27,779 nt of DNA from a virus. Taxonomy: Duplodnaviria; Caudoviricetes. Of the stretch, positions 8,366-17,247 are shown one piece after another (position 1 is the stretch's first letter; every line of letters begins with the position of its first letter). A program made the translations under genes and the position numbers. The notes beneath the pieces were generated by a model. It did not search any database and was not told the origin of the DNA. It was given only the letters and a program-made list of their open reading frames with translations. The DNA is taken from IMG/VR virus record IMGVR_UViG_3300020365_000101, positions 1-27,779 of that record, one strand, 5' to 3'.

Positions 8366-9007
8366 ATGAGTACATTATTTGTAGAAAATCTTAAAGGGCC
8401 AACAAGCGGGTCAAACGCTAACAAAGTAACTATACCAAGTGGTCAAACTCTTACAGTGTCAGGTGGTATGATTCCTCCTGCGGGCCAGATTGTTAAAGTA
8501 GGGAGCTACAACACAGGCACTGGCAGCGGAGCTTTGACATCTACCACCAGCACCAGCTGGTTTACAGTAGCTATTAACGGCGACAACCAAAAAGCCCACA
8601 ATCTATCTCAATCTGGTAATGTGATAACTTTTAACAAAAGCGCTAGCAGTGATCTGTATATCACAATGAACTTCCCAACCTATAACAATACTGGGGGTTC
8701 TGGACACGGCTTTAGGGTTTACCTAAAAAAATCTGGAGGCTCTTACGCTCTAGTTGATATTGTAACTGATGGCCCAGCACACGGTTGGGGTTGGCACGGC
8801 TATGGTGGCCAGCATTCAGCTATGAACAACTTTACATGGTGTACTGCTGATAGGAATAGTGACCTTGGGGACGTAAATGCTTTTGCTGGCGATGTGCTAT
8901 TCTACTTTGAAGCAAGAAACTGGAGTTCCGGTGATACCATATCTTATATAAATCATAGCGGCTACAACAAGTTCGGCACAGTGCAAGTTGTGGAGGTGAA
9001 GACATGA
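8366..9007 (+). CDS. Tail-fibre tip/receptor-binding-like protein 1
   Basis: MSTLFVENL N-terminus, 'GQIVKV' motif, G/S/N/aromatic-rich beta domain ending 'VQVVEVKT'. Confidence 0.7.
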   Translation: MSTLFVENLKGPTSGSNANKVTIPSGQTLTVSGGMIPPAGQIVKVGSYNTGTGSGALTSTTSTSWFTVAINGDNQKAHNLSQSGNVITFNKSASSDLYITMNFPTYNNTGGSGHGFRVYLKKSGGSYALVDIVTDGPAHGWGWHGYGGQHSAMNNFTWCTADRNSDLGDVNAFAGDVLFYFEARNWSSGDTISYINHSGYNKFGTVQVVEVKT

Positions 9008-9498
9008 GCGTCCTAAAGGTAGACACCATCAACGAAAAGACCTCCGGTAATGGGGTGCAGGTTCCTGGCCACGTTATTCAGACTGTTAATACTTTATCTA
9101 ATACAAGAACTACAACGACTTCAACATCGTATGTTGCTTGCACAGATTTAACCGTTTCTATTACCCCAAAGTCTGCGTCGTCTAAATTATTAGTAACGTA
9201 TCATGCAATGCTTAGGTCATATAATAATAGTGGAGCTGATAGTAGTGTAAAGGTTGGTATCTCAAGAGATGGCGGCTCAACAATTTTAGCACCTACTAGA
9301 ACAAGAGCTTATGATTATGGCAGTAGTGGCATTATTGTTGAAAGCGGTCTTTCAAATTCAATTTTAGATAACCCTGCAACAACTTCAGCTTTAACTTATC
9401 AAATATATCTGGCTTATGTTAGTGGAACTAACGCAACAATAAATAACTTTAGTCCAGACGCATATAGCTCAATTACAATTCAGGAGATCGCTCAATGA
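9004..9498 (+). CDS. Tail-fibre tip/receptor-binding-like protein 2
   Basis: MSVLKVDTI, GHVIQTV, SITPKSASSKLLV, PATTSALTY and SSITIQEIAQ; ATGA coupling. Confidence 0.72.
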   Translation: MSVLKVDTINEKTSGNGVQVPGHVIQTVNTLSNTRTTTTSTSYVACTDLTVSITPKSASSKLLVTYHAMLRSYNNSGADSSVKVGISRDGGSTILAPTRTRAYDYGSSGIIVESGLSNSILDNPATTSALTYQIYLAYVSGTNATINNFSPDAYSSITIQEIAQ

Positions 9499-10094
9499 GT
9501 TCTGTTCTTAAAGTTGACACGATACAGACTGCATCGGGAGCGACTCCTACAATAACGGATCTCGGAATATCAAACGCAGCAGGATCAGTGCTCCAAGTAG
9601 TTCACGGTACGCTACCCACCACTGTTTCATCGACTGGTGCGTCGGGTTCTGATTACTTAGTAAATATTGGGCTAAGCGCTACCATAACGCCTAAAGCTAA
9701 TAATAGTAAAATATTGATCGACGTAACTATGTATATTGGTTCAGATCAGGCAAACTCTGGCGGTTATCTACAGTCTTACCTAATATATAAAGCAGGAAGT
9801 GTTTTCGATGATGTTCACGGAACATCTGAAAGCGGTAGAAGACGGGTAGCTGGATCAATAAATATGTACGATACGGGCGGAACTTACACGACGTATAGAA
9901 TGGGTGTGCTTTCTGGTACGCATATGGACACTAATGTAGGCACTACAAGTGCGACTACCTACGCGATATACATGAGGGCTTATTCTAGTGGCCCGCATAT
10001 ATATGTTAATAGGAGTCAGGCGTATCAGTCATCGGGTACTAACTACGATCATAACCCTTCATCAACTATAACACTTACAGAAATTGCGGTATAG
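9495..10094 (+). CDS. Tail-fibre tip/receptor-binding-like protein 3
   Basis: MSSVLKVDTI, GSVLQVV, TITPKANNSKILI, TTSATTY and STITLTEIAV; paralog of the preceding gene. Confidence 0.72.
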   Translation: MSSVLKVDTIQTASGATPTITDLGISNAAGSVLQVVHGTLPTTVSSTGASGSDYLVNIGLSATITPKANNSKILIDVTMYIGSDQANSGGYLQSYLIYKAGSVFDDVHGTSESGRRRVAGSINMYDTGGTYTTYRMGVLSGTHMDTNVGTTSATTYAIYMRAYSSGPHIYVNRSQAYQSSGTNYDHNPSSTITLTEIAV

Positions 10095-10103
10095 GAGGCA
10101 AAC

Positions 10104-10490
10104 ATGGCATCAGTAAGCGAAGCATTGACTGCTCTCGAAATCGAAGAGTGGGTTTTGCGCGGCGAACCCACTGACGAAAATGAGTTTGGCCAGATGTTTA
10201 GAAAAATAACAGGCGTAGACGCTAACGGCTCTGCAGTAGAAAGTAGCAACCCATCTGACTGGGGTACTACTTGGGCAGCAGTGTCGGCTAAGCAGACTGA
10301 ATTAACAGCTGCGGAGCCTATGAAGCTTTTGCGTGAAGAGCGTAACCGCCGACTTGCGGAAACAGATTGGTGGGCATCATCAGATCTTACTATGAGCACT
10401 GCCCGTACAAACTACCGGCAGGCTCTACGTGACATTACAGACAGTGCAACAAGTCTTGATGATGTGACATGGCCAACTAAACCGGAGTAG
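10104..10490 (+). CDS. Tail fibre assembly chaperone
   Basis: AGGAGG RBS; C-terminal LREERNRRLAETDWW...YRQALRDIT...WPTKP signature. Confidence 0.85.
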   Translation: MASVSEALTALEIEEWVLRGEPTDENEFGQMFRKITGVDANGSAVESSNPSDWGTTWAAVSAKQTELTAAEPMKLLREERNRRLAETDWWASSDLTMSTARTNYRQALRDITDSATSLDDVTWPTKPE

Positions 10491-10494
10491 TCCT

Positions 10495-11844
10495 ATGGGC
10501 GTAAAAGTTACAAATAACGCGTTCGGAACGTTATCATCTGCAATAAGTACGTCAGCCACGACCATTACGTTGGATAGCGGCCAAGGAGCTAGATTTCCTA
10601 CGCTTGGCGCTGGCGATTATTTTTATGGTACGTTAATTGACACGAGCAATAATCTAGAAATTGTTAAAGTAACTGCACGCTCTACTGATTCACTTACTGT
10701 AACTCGTGCGCAAGACAACACTACAGCTACCGCGTTTTCTATTGGCGACAGATTTGAGCTTCGTCCTGTAGCTGCATTGTTTGAGGATATTATTACAGAA
10801 GGCTCGTCTAGCATTACTAACGATGGATATATTGTCCACAAATCTGCCTCTAGCAATCCATCAAGCCCTAGTGCCGGTCAGGTGTACTACAACACTACTG
10901 ATAATCTCGTTAAACATTGGAATGGCTCCAGATGGATTAACATGTCCAACACTTTTGTGGCTTCAGGCGGTACTGAAACTACTACAACTGTAGGTTCTGA
11001 TACATACAGAGTCCATACGTTTACATCATCTGGCACATTTACAGTGGAGTCTGGGTCTAAAAACGTTGAGTACTTAATTATTGCTGGCGGAGGCGGCGGA
11101 GGTGGCCACTCAAGTGAAGGGTACTACAACGACGGCGGCGGAGGCGGCGGCGCAGGCGGCTATAGAACTAATGTGTCTGGCGAAACTTCCGGTGGCGGTG
11201 CAAGTGCTGAGTCTAGCTATACAGCTGTAGCCGGAGCATATACGGTTACTATAGGTGCAGGCGGCGCGTCAGTAAGTAACGCTAATAGCAGTAATAATGG
11301 TACCGATTCGTCCGTATTTGGTATTACCTCTGTAGGCGGTGGCGGTGGCGCTGTAGGCGCATGGAACCCTCCGCGAGGAAATACAGGCGCTAGCGGCGGC
11401 TCTGGCGGCGGCGCAGCTAACGGTTATAGCAACGCAAGCAGCGGTGGTAGCGGAACATCCGGACAAGGTTTTGCGGGCGGTGGCACTAATGCGTCTAACC
11501 AAACAGCTGGCGGCGGTGGCGGCGCAGGTGCCGTGGGTACTACTGCGGGCGCAAATTCAGGTACAGGCGGCAACGGCGTGTCCTCTTCTATTACTGGTTC
11601 TGCAGTAACTCGTGGCGGTGGCGGCGGTGGCGGCGGTGTTAACGGTAACGGTAACGCAAGCGGTGCAGCTGGCGGATCTGGCGGCGGAGGTAATGGTGCG
11701 GATAACAACACCCTTAATGCCTCGCACGGAACAGCTAACACTGGCGGCGGTGGCGGCGGCTCTGGCGGTTCTACTAGCTCTGGTGCAAAAGTCGGCGCTA
11801 ACGGCGGTTCCGGTATCGTAATTATAAGATACATAGAGGACTGA
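10495..11844 (+). CDS. Glycine-rich tail fibre protein
   Basis: Shared N-terminal anchor, 'GQVYYNTT....KHWNGSRW' linker, then a Gly-rich domain (YRVHTFTSSGTF, EYLIIAGGGGGG, GTANTGGGGGG, GGSGIVIIRY). Confidence 0.85.
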   Translation: MGVKVTNNAFGTLSSAISTSATTITLDSGQGARFPTLGAGDYFYGTLIDTSNNLEIVKVTARSTDSLTVTRAQDNTTATAFSIGDRFELRPVAALFEDIITEGSSSITNDGYIVHKSASSNPSSPSAGQVYYNTTDNLVKHWNGSRWINMSNTFVASGGTETTTTVGSDTYRVHTFTSSGTFTVESGSKNVEYLIIAGGGGGGGHSSEGYYNDGGGGGGAGGYRTNVSGETSGGGASAESSYTAVAGAYTVTIGAGGASVSNANSSNNGTDSSVFGITSVGGGGGAVGAWNPPRGNTGASGGSGGGAANGYSNASSGGSGTSGQGFAGGGTNASNQTAGGGGGAGAVGTTAGANSGTGGNGVSSSITGSAVTRGGGGGGGGVNGNGNASGAAGGSGGGGNGADNNTLNASHGTANTGGGGGGSGGSTSSGAKVGANGGSGIVIIRYIED

Positions 11845-11845
11845 T

Positions 11846-12202
11846 ATGGGACATTACGCAAAAGTTGTAGATGGAGTAGTCACACAAGTTATTGTTGCTG
11901 AACAAGACTTTATGGATTCATATGTTGATACATCTCCAGGCAGGTGGATTCAAACATCTTACAATACACGCGGCGGCGTACATGAAACTGGAGGTACTCC
12001 GCTTAGATATAATTTTGCAGGAATAGGTATGCTGTACGACGAAACTGCCGACGCATTCCACGAGCCTAAGCCGTATGAAGGCTGGACGCTAAACACCTCT
12101 ACGTATATTTGGGAGGCACCTGAAGATTTTCCTGACGATGGCCAGACTTATGCTTGGGATAACGATACCGAGGCATGGGTAGTGGTAGACGGGCAAGACT
12201 AA
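11846..12202 (+). CDS. Partner/chaperone-like protein of the Gly-rich fibre
   Basis: GAGGA RBS; MGHYAKV..GVVTQVIVA...WIQTSYNT...LRYNFAGIG..YD...DAF..PKPY.GW.L.....WEAP is typical of genes following Gly-rich fibres. Confidence 0.7.
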   Translation: MGHYAKVVDGVVTQVIVAEQDFMDSYVDTSPGRWIQTSYNTRGGVHETGGTPLRYNFAGIGMLYDETADAFHEPKPYEGWTLNTSTYIWEAPEDFPDDGQTYAWDNDTEAWVVVDGQD

Positions 12203-12203
12203 G

Positions 12204-12383
12204 ATGAAACGAACTCCTCTATACATGTTCCCTAACGGTACGTTTGCTAGGACAGCAGATAAAGTGCCTGAGGGTTGTGTGCTTGTAGAAGAGCCAGAGC
12301 TACCGGATGAGCCAGAAGTAAAGTTAGAAGATCAAACTCAAGCTGTATTGGAGGCAGAGCGTGGCGAGAATGACAGTCGCTGA
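12204..12383 (+). CDS. Hypothetical acidic protein (59 aa), missing from ORF track
   Basis: Hand translation MKRTPLYMFPNGTFARTADKVPEGCVLVEEPELPDEPEVKLEDQTQAVLEAERGENDSR*; starts 1 nt after the previous stop and fills the gap. Confidence 0.65.
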   Translation: MKRTPLYMFPNGTFARTADKVPEGCVLVEEPELPDEPEVKLEDQTQAVLEAERGENDSR

Positions 12384-12543
12384 GATACAGCAAGAACTTC
12401 TCACACACGAAGCTGTGTGTGCTGAGCGGTATAATACGTTCATAACCCGTGTTGATCGGCTTGAACGTATTTTGATTGTGGCATGTGGCACAATCATTGT
12501 CGGACTAGCGTCCATCCTTAGTGCAATTTTAATAGGAGGTTGA
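12361..12543 (+). CDS. Small membrane protein (coiled coil plus C-terminal TM; XhlA/holin-like)
   Basis: GGAGG RBS then GTG; HEAVCAERY motif followed by a hydrophobic helix. Confidence 0.72.
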   Translation: MARMTVAEIQQELLTHEAVCAERYNTFITRVDRLERILIVACGTIIVGLASILSAILIGG

Positions 12544-12544
12544 T

Positions 12545-12682
12545 ATGCCAAGCGGTAAGAAAGTAGGAATGACAGTGAAAGATAAAAACGATAAGAAAAT
12601 CGCACAATATGGCGGTGGCGGAAAAATTAAAAAACCAAGGAAGCCAATGTCTTATAAAAAAGGCGGCGTTATTAAAAAGTAA
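12545..12682 (+). CDS. Small Lys-rich protein (45 aa) with two YxxGGxI motifs, missing from ORF track
   Basis: AGGAGGT RBS; MPSGKKVGMTVKDKNDKKIAQYGGGGKIKKPRKPMSYKKGGVIKK*; TAATG coupling to the next gene. Confidence 0.8.
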   Translation: MPSGKKVGMTVKDKNDKKIAQYGGGGKIKKPRKPMSYKKGGVIKK

Positions 12683-13131
12683 TGTTAGCTGAACTTGCTG
12701 CCGCAAACGCTGCTTTCTCAGTCATAAAGTCAGCTGTACAGAACGGCGCAGATTTGACCCGCTGTGCGAAGCAAGTCGGTCAGTTAGTCGGTGCAAAAGA
12801 GGATCTGCAAAAGAAGGTAAATAAGAAAAAGGCTACGCATCAGACAAATGACTTTGAAGAGTTTATGGCACTTGAGCGTATCCGAGAGCAAGAGGAGCAA
12901 CTGAAACAACTAATGATCTATGTGGGAAGGCCAGGTTTACTTAGTGATTGGCAGAAGTTTCAAAAGGACGCACGAGTGGCCCGTAGAGAAGCTGAGCTAG
13001 CTGCTGAGCGTAGACGGGAAAGAATCATAGAATATGTTGGCGCAGGAGTTTTAGCTCTGATTTTAATAGCTATGCTTGCGGCTTTTGCTGCATGGGTAGC
13101 GTGGCTAAAAGGGTGGATAAGATGGCCATAA
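12682..13131 (+). CDS. Coiled-coil protein with C-terminal TM helix
   Basis: MLAELAAANAAFSVIK N-terminus; charged helical middle; hydrophobic C-terminus. Confidence 0.75.
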   Translation: MLAELAAANAAFSVIKSAVQNGADLTRCAKQVGQLVGAKEDLQKKVNKKKATHQTNDFEEFMALERIREQEEQLKQLMIYVGRPGLLSDWQKFQKDARVARREAELAAERRRERIIEYVGAGVLALILIAMLAAFAAWVAWLKGWIRWP

Positions 13132-13331
13132 CAATGGAAAGATTCTTGGAGTGGAAGATACTCCCACGTCTTATGATGTTTGTAATGACGTTTATGTACA
13201 TCCGCGTTATCGAATGGTTTATGGCTTTACCCCCTGACGCCATGACTTCGCAAGCTACAGCTCTAACTGCTACTGTTACAGGCGCTATGACAGGCGCGTT
13301 TGCTGTATGGTTGGGTAGCGAAAAGAAATGA
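13122..13331 (+). CDS. Small two-TM membrane protein (holin-like)
   Basis: Likely start at ATG 13122 (or 13134); WKILPRLMM motif, two hydrophobic segments, basic C-terminus. Confidence 0.65.
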   Translation: MAITMERFLEWKILPRLMMFVMTFMYIRVIEWFMALPPDAMTSQATALTATVTGAMTGAFAVWLGSEKK

Positions 13332-13338
13332 GATTTGT

Positions 13339-13737
13339 ATGGCAGCTAAGCTTAATGAGAATACAGAAGTAGCGTTACCGCTTCGAAACATTATTTCGAT
13401 GGTGGTTGCCGCATCTGTTGCTACTTGGGCTTACTTTGGCATCATAGAACGTCTTAACCAGATAGAGACTAACATCACTATGATGAAGTCAGATCTGGAG
13501 CATAATACAGAATTTAGGATCAAATGGCCTCGCGGTGAGATGGGTAGTCTGCCTGCTGACAGCGAGCAGTTTATGCTGATCGAACACCTTGCACAGCAAC
13601 TTGATGAGCTAGCTAAGCAGATCGACGAGGGGCGTGCACCTCACGACCAACAACAAAAACTCACTTTAGATTTTTATGAAAAGCGCATTGCAGGACTAGA
13701 AGCTCAAATAGAAAAGCTAAGGAACGGGGGTCAGTGA
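13339..13737 (+). CDS. Single-TM coiled-coil protein
   Basis: MAAKLNENTEVALPLRNIISMVVAASVATWAYFG then a coiled coil; likely start at 13339, after the previous stop. Confidence 0.7.
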   Translation: MAAKLNENTEVALPLRNIISMVVAASVATWAYFGIIERLNQIETNITMMKSDLEHNTEFRIKWPRGEMGSLPADSEQFMLIEHLAQQLDELAKQIDEGRAPHDQQQKLTLDFYEKRIAGLEAQIEKLRNGGQ

Positions 13738-13955
13738 TGGGCGTAATAACTATAGTTCTTATTTTATACCTAGGCGGCGAAGCTATAGAGTATACACAAA
13801 GAGGCAGTATATCTGAGTGTCTAGGAGTAAAGCGTAAGATTGAGCGTCTAGGGTGGAAAGACACACGCAACACTAGATACGCATGTGAAAAACGTGAAGT
13901 GGAACTTGAAGCTGGCCCAGACGGTAAGCCACAAGTTGTAAAGTTATTAGATTAG
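13734..13955 (+). CDS. Small protein with hydrophobic N-terminus and two Cys
   Basis: GTGA overlap with the previous stop; 'SISECL..KRKIER...YACEK'. Confidence 0.7.
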   Translation: MMGVITIVLILYLGGEAIEYTQRGSISECLGVKRKIERLGWKDTRNTRYACEKREVELEAGPDGKPQVVKLLD

Positions 13956-13970
13956 GAGGAGGGTATACTA

Positions 13971-14366
13971 ATGATACAAGCGTTGATCGGCCCTGTTACA
14001 GGGATTCTTGATAAGTTTATCGAGGACAAAGACCAGAAAGCTAAGCTCGCTCACGAGATAGCCACGATGGCAGAAAAGCAAATGCACGAGCAGGCAATGG
14101 GCCAGCTTGAGATCAATAAGATGGAGGCGCAACACAGGAGCATATTTGTGGCTGGCTGGCGTCCCTTTCTTGGCTGGGGCCTTAGCTTTGCGATGATATG
14201 GCATTTTGTTCTGGTGCCTATGGTCACGTTTGGTTTTGCGTACGCAGGCATGGAAGCTCCTGATTTACCAGCGTTTGACATGGACTCGCTGATGACTGTA
14301 CTACTGGGAATGCTCGGACTCGGAGGACTCCGTAGCTTCGAAAAAGCAAAAGGATTAACTAAATGA
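13971..14366 (+). CDS. Holin (GTA 3TM holin family-like)
   Basis: LDKFIEDKDQKAKLAHEI, INKMEAQHRSIFVAGWRPFLGW and LLGMLGLGGLRSFEK signatures; directly upstream of the endolysin. Confidence 0.88.
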   Translation: MIQALIGPVTGILDKFIEDKDQKAKLAHEIATMAEKQMHEQAMGQLEINKMEAQHRSIFVAGWRPFLGWGLSFAMIWHFVLVPMVTFGFAYAGMEAPDLPAFDMDSLMTVLLGMLGLGGLRSFEKAKGLTK

Positions 14367-14875
14367 AAGATAACTTTGGTAAGTGCCTAACACTAATTTT
14401 ACATCATGAAGGGGGCTATGTTAACCACCCCCGAGATCCAGGCGGTGAAACCAATCTTGGTGTAACTAAACGTGTCTACGAAGAGTGGGGCGGCACTAAG
14501 GATATGAAGGAGCTTACAGTAGAAGATGTTGCTCCAATATACGAAAAGAACTACTGGCTAAGAGCAAAATGCCAGCATCTTCCTGCGGGTCTTGACCTCG
14601 CCGTTTTTGACTGGAGTGTAAACTCTGGTGTTGGTAGGGCTGCTAAAAAGCTGCAAGCTATGATTGGCACAGAAGTAGACGGAGGCATCGGCCCGAATAC
14701 TTTACGTACACTGGATGAGTATATCGAACACCACGGTATAGAGAAAACGATTGAAAATTACAGAAAAATACGGCAAGATTTCTATGAGTCTTTGTCTACG
14801 TTTGACACGTTTGGCAAAGGCTGGACTCGTAGAAATGAAGAAACCTGCGAGGCTGCTTTAGGAATGGTAAAATAA
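14363..14875 (+). CDS. Endolysin, glycoside hydrolase family 108 with PG-binding domain
   Basis: HEGGYVNHPRDPGGETNLGVT catalytic motif, FD..VNSG, DG.IGP.T and FGKGWTRR. Confidence 0.93.
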   Translation: MKDNFGKCLTLILHHEGGYVNHPRDPGGETNLGVTKRVYEEWGGTKDMKELTVEDVAPIYEKNYWLRAKCQHLPAGLDLAVFDWSVNSGVGRAAKKLQAMIGTEVDGGIGPNTLRTLDEYIEHHGIEKTIENYRKIRQDFYESLSTFDTFGKGWTRRNEETCEAALGMVK

Positions 14876-17247
14876 TGGCGTCAGTAAAGCTTACAAAGTT
14901 TCTAGGTGAAGCACCTAAAATTTCATCAGAGCTATTGCCTGACGGCGTAGCCCAAGAAGCATTTAACGTTAAGCTTTATTCAGGTGACTTACTTCCTTAC
15001 CGCACACCAAAAGAAGTAGATAGTACAGAGCGGTCTACAGAAGCAAAAACTTTACACGCACTTCGTGACCCAGCTACAGACGCTCTTGTATGGCTATCTT
15101 GGACTACTGATGTAGATATTGCCATTGCGTCTGATAGTGCTGATAACGCCCAGCGGTTTTACTACACAGGCGATGGCGCACCCAAAGTATCTGACTATGC
15201 TTTAGCTACCAACGGTAGCGAGCCGTATCCTGTGGCTAACGGGTACTATGACCTTGGCCTGCCGCTACCAACTACTAAGCTAAACGTATCAGCTACATCT
15301 TTTACTGTTGTAAATTCGACACACTACGAGCGTGATTCTGGCAACACAGCCACTTACTACGGAAGCACTGCGCATAATTTGCGTACAGGTAATATCGTAA
15401 CTGTCCGTGATTTTGGCACATCTGATGAAGCTAAAGGGTTTAACGCTAAGAATGTTGAGATCACAGTAACAAGCACTAACAACTTTCAGTATTTTAGCTC
15501 AGGCGATCAGGTTTCTAAAACAGCAAATACTACAGGTCGCGCTGACTTGGCCGGTAACACGCAGATTAGAACTTATGTCTATACTTGGGTTACGCCGTGG
15601 GATGAAGAATCTATTCCGTCAAATGTATCTAACGAACTTTACATTAAAGAAGGCCAGACAGTTACTGTTTCCTCGCTGCCCCAGTCCGCACCGTCTGGGG
15701 ACAACTTTATCCGTGGCGTCAGGCTGTATCGAAGCGTAGCTTCTGCGTCTGCCACGGATTACTTTTTACTTGCGACACTGTGGTTTCCTACAACTATCGA
15801 CACAGTAAAACGTACAAGTAACGTAGCTGAGGTAGCGTTAGACTTCCCGCACAATTTTATTGTTGGTGATAGATTTAAGATTAGTGGCTGCTCTGATTCT
15901 AGTTTTGATATTACAGACGGTGAAGTAACTGAAGTAGTAGATGACTACACGTTTAAGTTTGCCCAAACTGCTTCGGATGTAGCTGAAACTACCGTTACTG
16001 CTGGTACTGTCTACCATGACGTATCTGAATCTTTGGACGACCCTGCACGTTACTGGGGCGATTCTAGCTATAGCTTTACCGATGATTTTTTAGTATCTGG
16101 TTTAGAGACAATTATTCCATCTGAAGAATACGATCCTCCACCTACAAATATGCAAGGTCTGATTACGGCCCACAACAATATCCTAGTTGGTTTTTTTAAT
16201 AACCAGCTATGTTTTTCTTTTCCTGATACGCCACATGCGTGGCCCGAAAAATACAGACTTACGTTTGACGCTGACATTGTAGGTATCGCAGCAGCAGCCG
16301 GATACATTATTGTCCTAACAGAAGAATACCCTTACCAAGTATCCGGTAACGACCCAGCTACTATGGTGTCTGCGCGTATTGATACGCTATACCCGTGTTA
16401 TTCTAAGAGATCTATTGTAAACATGGGCTACGGCGTTGTGTGGGCTACCCACGGTGGACTTGCTACATGGAGTCCTACAACAGGTATTGATCTGATTACT
16501 AAGTTTGTCCACGACTGGGATACTTGGAACGAAGCATTAGACCCGAGTACCATTGTAGGTCATTTCTACGACGGTAAATATTTTGGGTCACATAGCACTA
16601 GATCATTTATTTTTGAGCGTGACGACAAAGTCGGCGGGTTTTTTGTACAGGTACAGTATAGGTTTAGCGCAGCGTATAGTGACCCAAAGACCGGCACTAT
16701 GTATTACACTGAAGGTAATAGCGGAGAAATCTATGAGTGGGATAATGAAGGCGAGATTTTATCCCCTATGGAATGGAAGTCTAAAACTATTGTAACCAAA
16801 GATTACCTTAACCTAGGAGCGTTTAGAGTTGTAGCTGATTACGAAACAAGTTCTCAGGAGACGTTAAATATTATTGCGTATAATAACGGCGTGCCTGTGT
16901 TTAATACAGCTATCTGGGCTAGAAGCCAGCAAATTGGTACGTTAAACGGGCCAACAAACTATATATCAGGCGGCATTACATACATAAACAACGGTACAAT
17001 TAACGGGTTTACTCTAAACGGAGATCCACAAACTAGATACCAAAAAGCAAATACAGGCACACAGCCTGTAACGTTTAGGTTATGGGTGGAAAAAGATCTT
17101 GTTTTCCAAGGAACTGTACAGTCAGATGACGTATTTAGATTGCCAACTGGCTATCGTTCGGATACATTTGAAGTAGGGGTGTCAGGTTCCGCTAGAGTGC
17201 GTGCTATACATTTTGGCGAAACACCCTATGGATTGAGGACATCATAA
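14875..17247 (+). CDS. Tail nozzle / tail tubular protein B-like
   Basis: 790 aa, beta-rich; F.GE.P.....LLP...AQ.A.NV N-terminus, YVYTWVT..DEES.PS, PHAWP..Y, WKSK and FRLP.GY; position before the ejection genes. Confidence 0.78.
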   Translation: MASVKLTKFLGEAPKISSELLPDGVAQEAFNVKLYSGDLLPYRTPKEVDSTERSTEAKTLHALRDPATDALVWLSWTTDVDIAIASDSADNAQRFYYTGDGAPKVSDYALATNGSEPYPVANGYYDLGLPLPTTKLNVSATSFTVVNSTHYERDSGNTATYYGSTAHNLRTGNIVTVRDFGTSDEAKGFNAKNVEITVTSTNNFQYFSSGDQVSKTANTTGRADLAGNTQIRTYVYTWVTPWDEESIPSNVSNELYIKEGQTVTVSSLPQSAPSGDNFIRGVRLYRSVASASATDYFLLATLWFPTTIDTVKRTSNVAEVALDFPHNFIVGDRFKISGCSDSSFDITDGEVTEVVDDYTFKFAQTASDVAETTVTAGTVYHDVSESLDDPARYWGDSSYSFTDDFLVSGLETIIPSEEYDPPPTNMQGLITAHNNILVGFFNNQLCFSFPDTPHAWPEKYRLTFDADIVGIAAAAGYIIVLTEEYPYQVSGNDPATMVSARIDTLYPCYSKRSIVNMGYGVVWATHGGLATWSPTTGIDLITKFVHDWDTWNEALDPSTIVGHFYDGKYFGSHSTRSFIFERDDKVGGFFVQVQYRFSAAYSDPKTGTMYYTEGNSGEIYEWDNEGEILSPMEWKSKTIVTKDYLNLGAFRVVADYETSSQETLNIIAYNNGVPVFNTAIWARSQQIGTLNGPTNYISGGITYINNGTINGFTLNGDPQTRYQKANTGTQPVTFRLWVEKDLVFQGTVQSDDVFRLPTGYRSDTFEVGVSGSARVRAIHFGETPYGLRTS

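Noticed and set aside
11085-11815. GGCGGT/GGCGGC repeats as a DNA repeat or CRISPR-like element
   Set aside because: Explained by poly-Gly codons; no repeat-spacer structure.
8366-11844. Diversity-generating retroelement target or invertible fibre cassette
   Set aside because: No reverse transcriptase, invertase, inverted cassette or adenine-specific template/variable repeat pair is visible in this window.
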